From the NCBI GenBank assembly GCA_052168235.1, contig JBQLZK010000033.1:9685-36072 (forward strand): a stretch of DNA of 26,388 bases, in the 5' to 3' direction. The notes below the pieces were generated by a model. The model was not told where the DNA came from and made no database searches. It saw nothing but the letters and a program-made list of their open reading frames with translations. Numbering within the stretch: position 1 is the stretch's first letter; each line of letters begins with the position of its first letter. The translations under genes and the position numbers were made by a program. Below, one piece after another: positions 24,990 through 26,388 of the stretch. The stretch comes from Thainema sp. (GTDB lineage: Bacteria; Cyanobacteriota; Cyanobacteriia; Phormidesmidales; Phormidesmidaceae).

Positions 24990-26387
24990 TCATTTTCTAC
25001 GCAAATAGTCCCTTAACGATTGGAACCAATCGATTCCCCCACCCTCACCCCAGCCAACTTCACAGGTACCTATATAGGTTCCGAATATCCCCGAACGGGT
25101 AAGACAAACCGCTCGACTCATCGGAACCAGATGGTTATGAGCGAAGAAATCTTCAACATCCTGTCCTGTCCGTTCTAATCCGTAGGCGATTAGACGACGG
25201 ATCTCTATATCTTCGTCATCATTCCTCACAACATCTAGCAACAAAGGAAGCACGCCCTCAGGTAACTTAGTGTATGCCAATGCAAACGCAACATTACGGC
25301 GGATTCTCAAATCAGGAGCTTTGAGATACTGGATAAGAGCACTGATTGCGGTAGAACTAATTTTGTCCAGGATTTTGCCTATATGATCTCCCGGATTCGA
25401 ACCCAAACTTAAATCCAAACTTAAAAGAAACGGAATCGCTGATCCAGAATCAATTTCAACCAATGCATCAATACAGGTTTCCTCACAAAAAGGAAGTTTT
25501 TTCTTGAGTTCAATTAATGGCCATACCGCTGCCTGTGCTCCAGGGCCAATCGCAGCTAAGGCATAAATAGCTGCTCTAACAGCATTGTCGTTATTAGCAT
25601 TTTCAATCGTGTTGATTAGGTCAGGAACGAACCGTTTGGCTTCAGTTCGCATACTCCTAAATGCTAGTGTGATATCTTCGAATTCCGGCCAACTGCGCGT
25701 TTTTTTTAGAGCTTGCATCAGCGCAGGGACGACCCTATCAGGCTCTGCCGCAATGACACCTAAAGCTAATGCGGCAGCCACCCTCGTACCTTTATTAATT
25801 AACGCATTAAGTAATTCGGGTACGGCAGATTTGGCTTCATTCCCAATTAAGCCTAGAGTGCCCAGAGCCAGGATCACGTTTTCGCGCACTTGCGGATCTG
25901 GGTCAGATCTCAACCGCTCTCTCAAATCAGAAACAGTTACCTCGGCCTCTTGACCAAGTTCTGTCAAACCTAACGCAGCAGCAGCCCGAACATACTTGCT
26001 AGTTGGATCTTTAAGGAGTGATACCAACTCCTCAATATTGCCGTCATCAACAAGAATACTGGCCCAAGCCGTGGAAATATCCTTCAACTCCAAATGTTCC
26101 GCATCCGCATTCAAATCCTGAAGAGCAGACCGGAGTGAAGGAATGGCGTCTTTAGCATCTTTCCCGATAGCCCCCAAGGCACTAGCAGCATCTCTACGTA
26201 ATGATGCGTCTTCCCCGCTATCTTTGAGAATATTAATCAATGGTTGTACGGCTGCGCTGTCTGCGATAGCCCCTAAGGCACTAGCAGCATCTCCACGTAA
26301 TGATGTGTCTTCCCCGCTATCTTTGAGAATATTAATCAATGGCTGTACGGCTGCGCTGTCTCCAAGAGCCCCCAAGGCATAAGCCGC
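24990..26387 (-). CDS. HEAT-repeat (PBS lyase-like) protein, 5'-truncated by the window edge
   Basis: Repeated AAxALGxIG...AVPxLIxAL. The frame is open to the end of the window ([10 protein letters not shown]...). Confidence 0.88.
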   Translation of the reverse strand, partial: AAYALGALGDSAAVQPLINILKDSGEDTSLRGDAASALGAIADSAAVQPLINILKDSGEDASLRRDAASALGAIGKDAKDAIPSLRSALQDLNADAEHLELKDISTAWASILVDDGNIEELVSLLKDPTSKYVRAAAALGLTELGQEAEVTVSDLRERLRSDPDPQVRENVILALGTLGLIGNEAKSAVPELLNALINKGTRVAAALALGVIAAEPDRVVPALMQALKKTRSWPEFEDITLAFRSMRTEAKRFVPDLINTIENANNDNAVRAAIYALAAIGPGAQAAVWPLIELKKKLPFCEETCIDALVEIDSGSAIPFLLSLDLSLGSNPGDHIGKILDKISSTAISALIQYLKAPDLRIRRNVAFALAYTKLPEGVLPLLLDVVRNDDEDIEIRRLIAYGLERTGQDVEDFFAHNHLVPMSRAVCLTRSGIFGTYIGTCEVGWGEGGGIDWFQSLRDYLRRK

Positions 26388-26388
26388 C
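26165..26388 (-). repeat. 99-bp tandem HEAT-coding repeats (more than 2 units)
   Basis: 26165-26263 and 26264-26362 are nearly identical, and a third unit runs off the window. Confidence 0.92.

Overview
Cyanobacterial DNA (about 20 HIP1 GCGATCGC octamers). Most of the window is a ~21 kb + strand cluster of proteases: five TPR-CHAT (clan CD) proteins, one C14 orthocaspase-DUF4384 and one S8 subtilase. All have intact catalytic residues, and every one whose N-terminus is visible carries a Sec- or Tat-like signal peptide. A Uma2 gene and an in-frame fused MNT-HEPN toxin-antitoxin gene sit inside the cluster. Downstream are an NfeD-like gene, a divergent RHH/small-ORF module, a membrane pentapeptide-repeat-CHAT protein and a 5'-truncated HEAT-repeat gene. 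The most notable signal is a short motif, R-x2-3-[DT]-G-T-[VI]-x-A-[VILT], shared by the five TPR-CHATs and the orthocaspase (the upstream Arg is missing in CHAT-1). It occurs in four non-homologous positions, which suggests a locus-specific cleavage or docking code for an extracytoplasmic caspase-like cascade with diversifying TPR sensors. That interpretation is a hypothesis. All domain calls are by eye; no searches were run.
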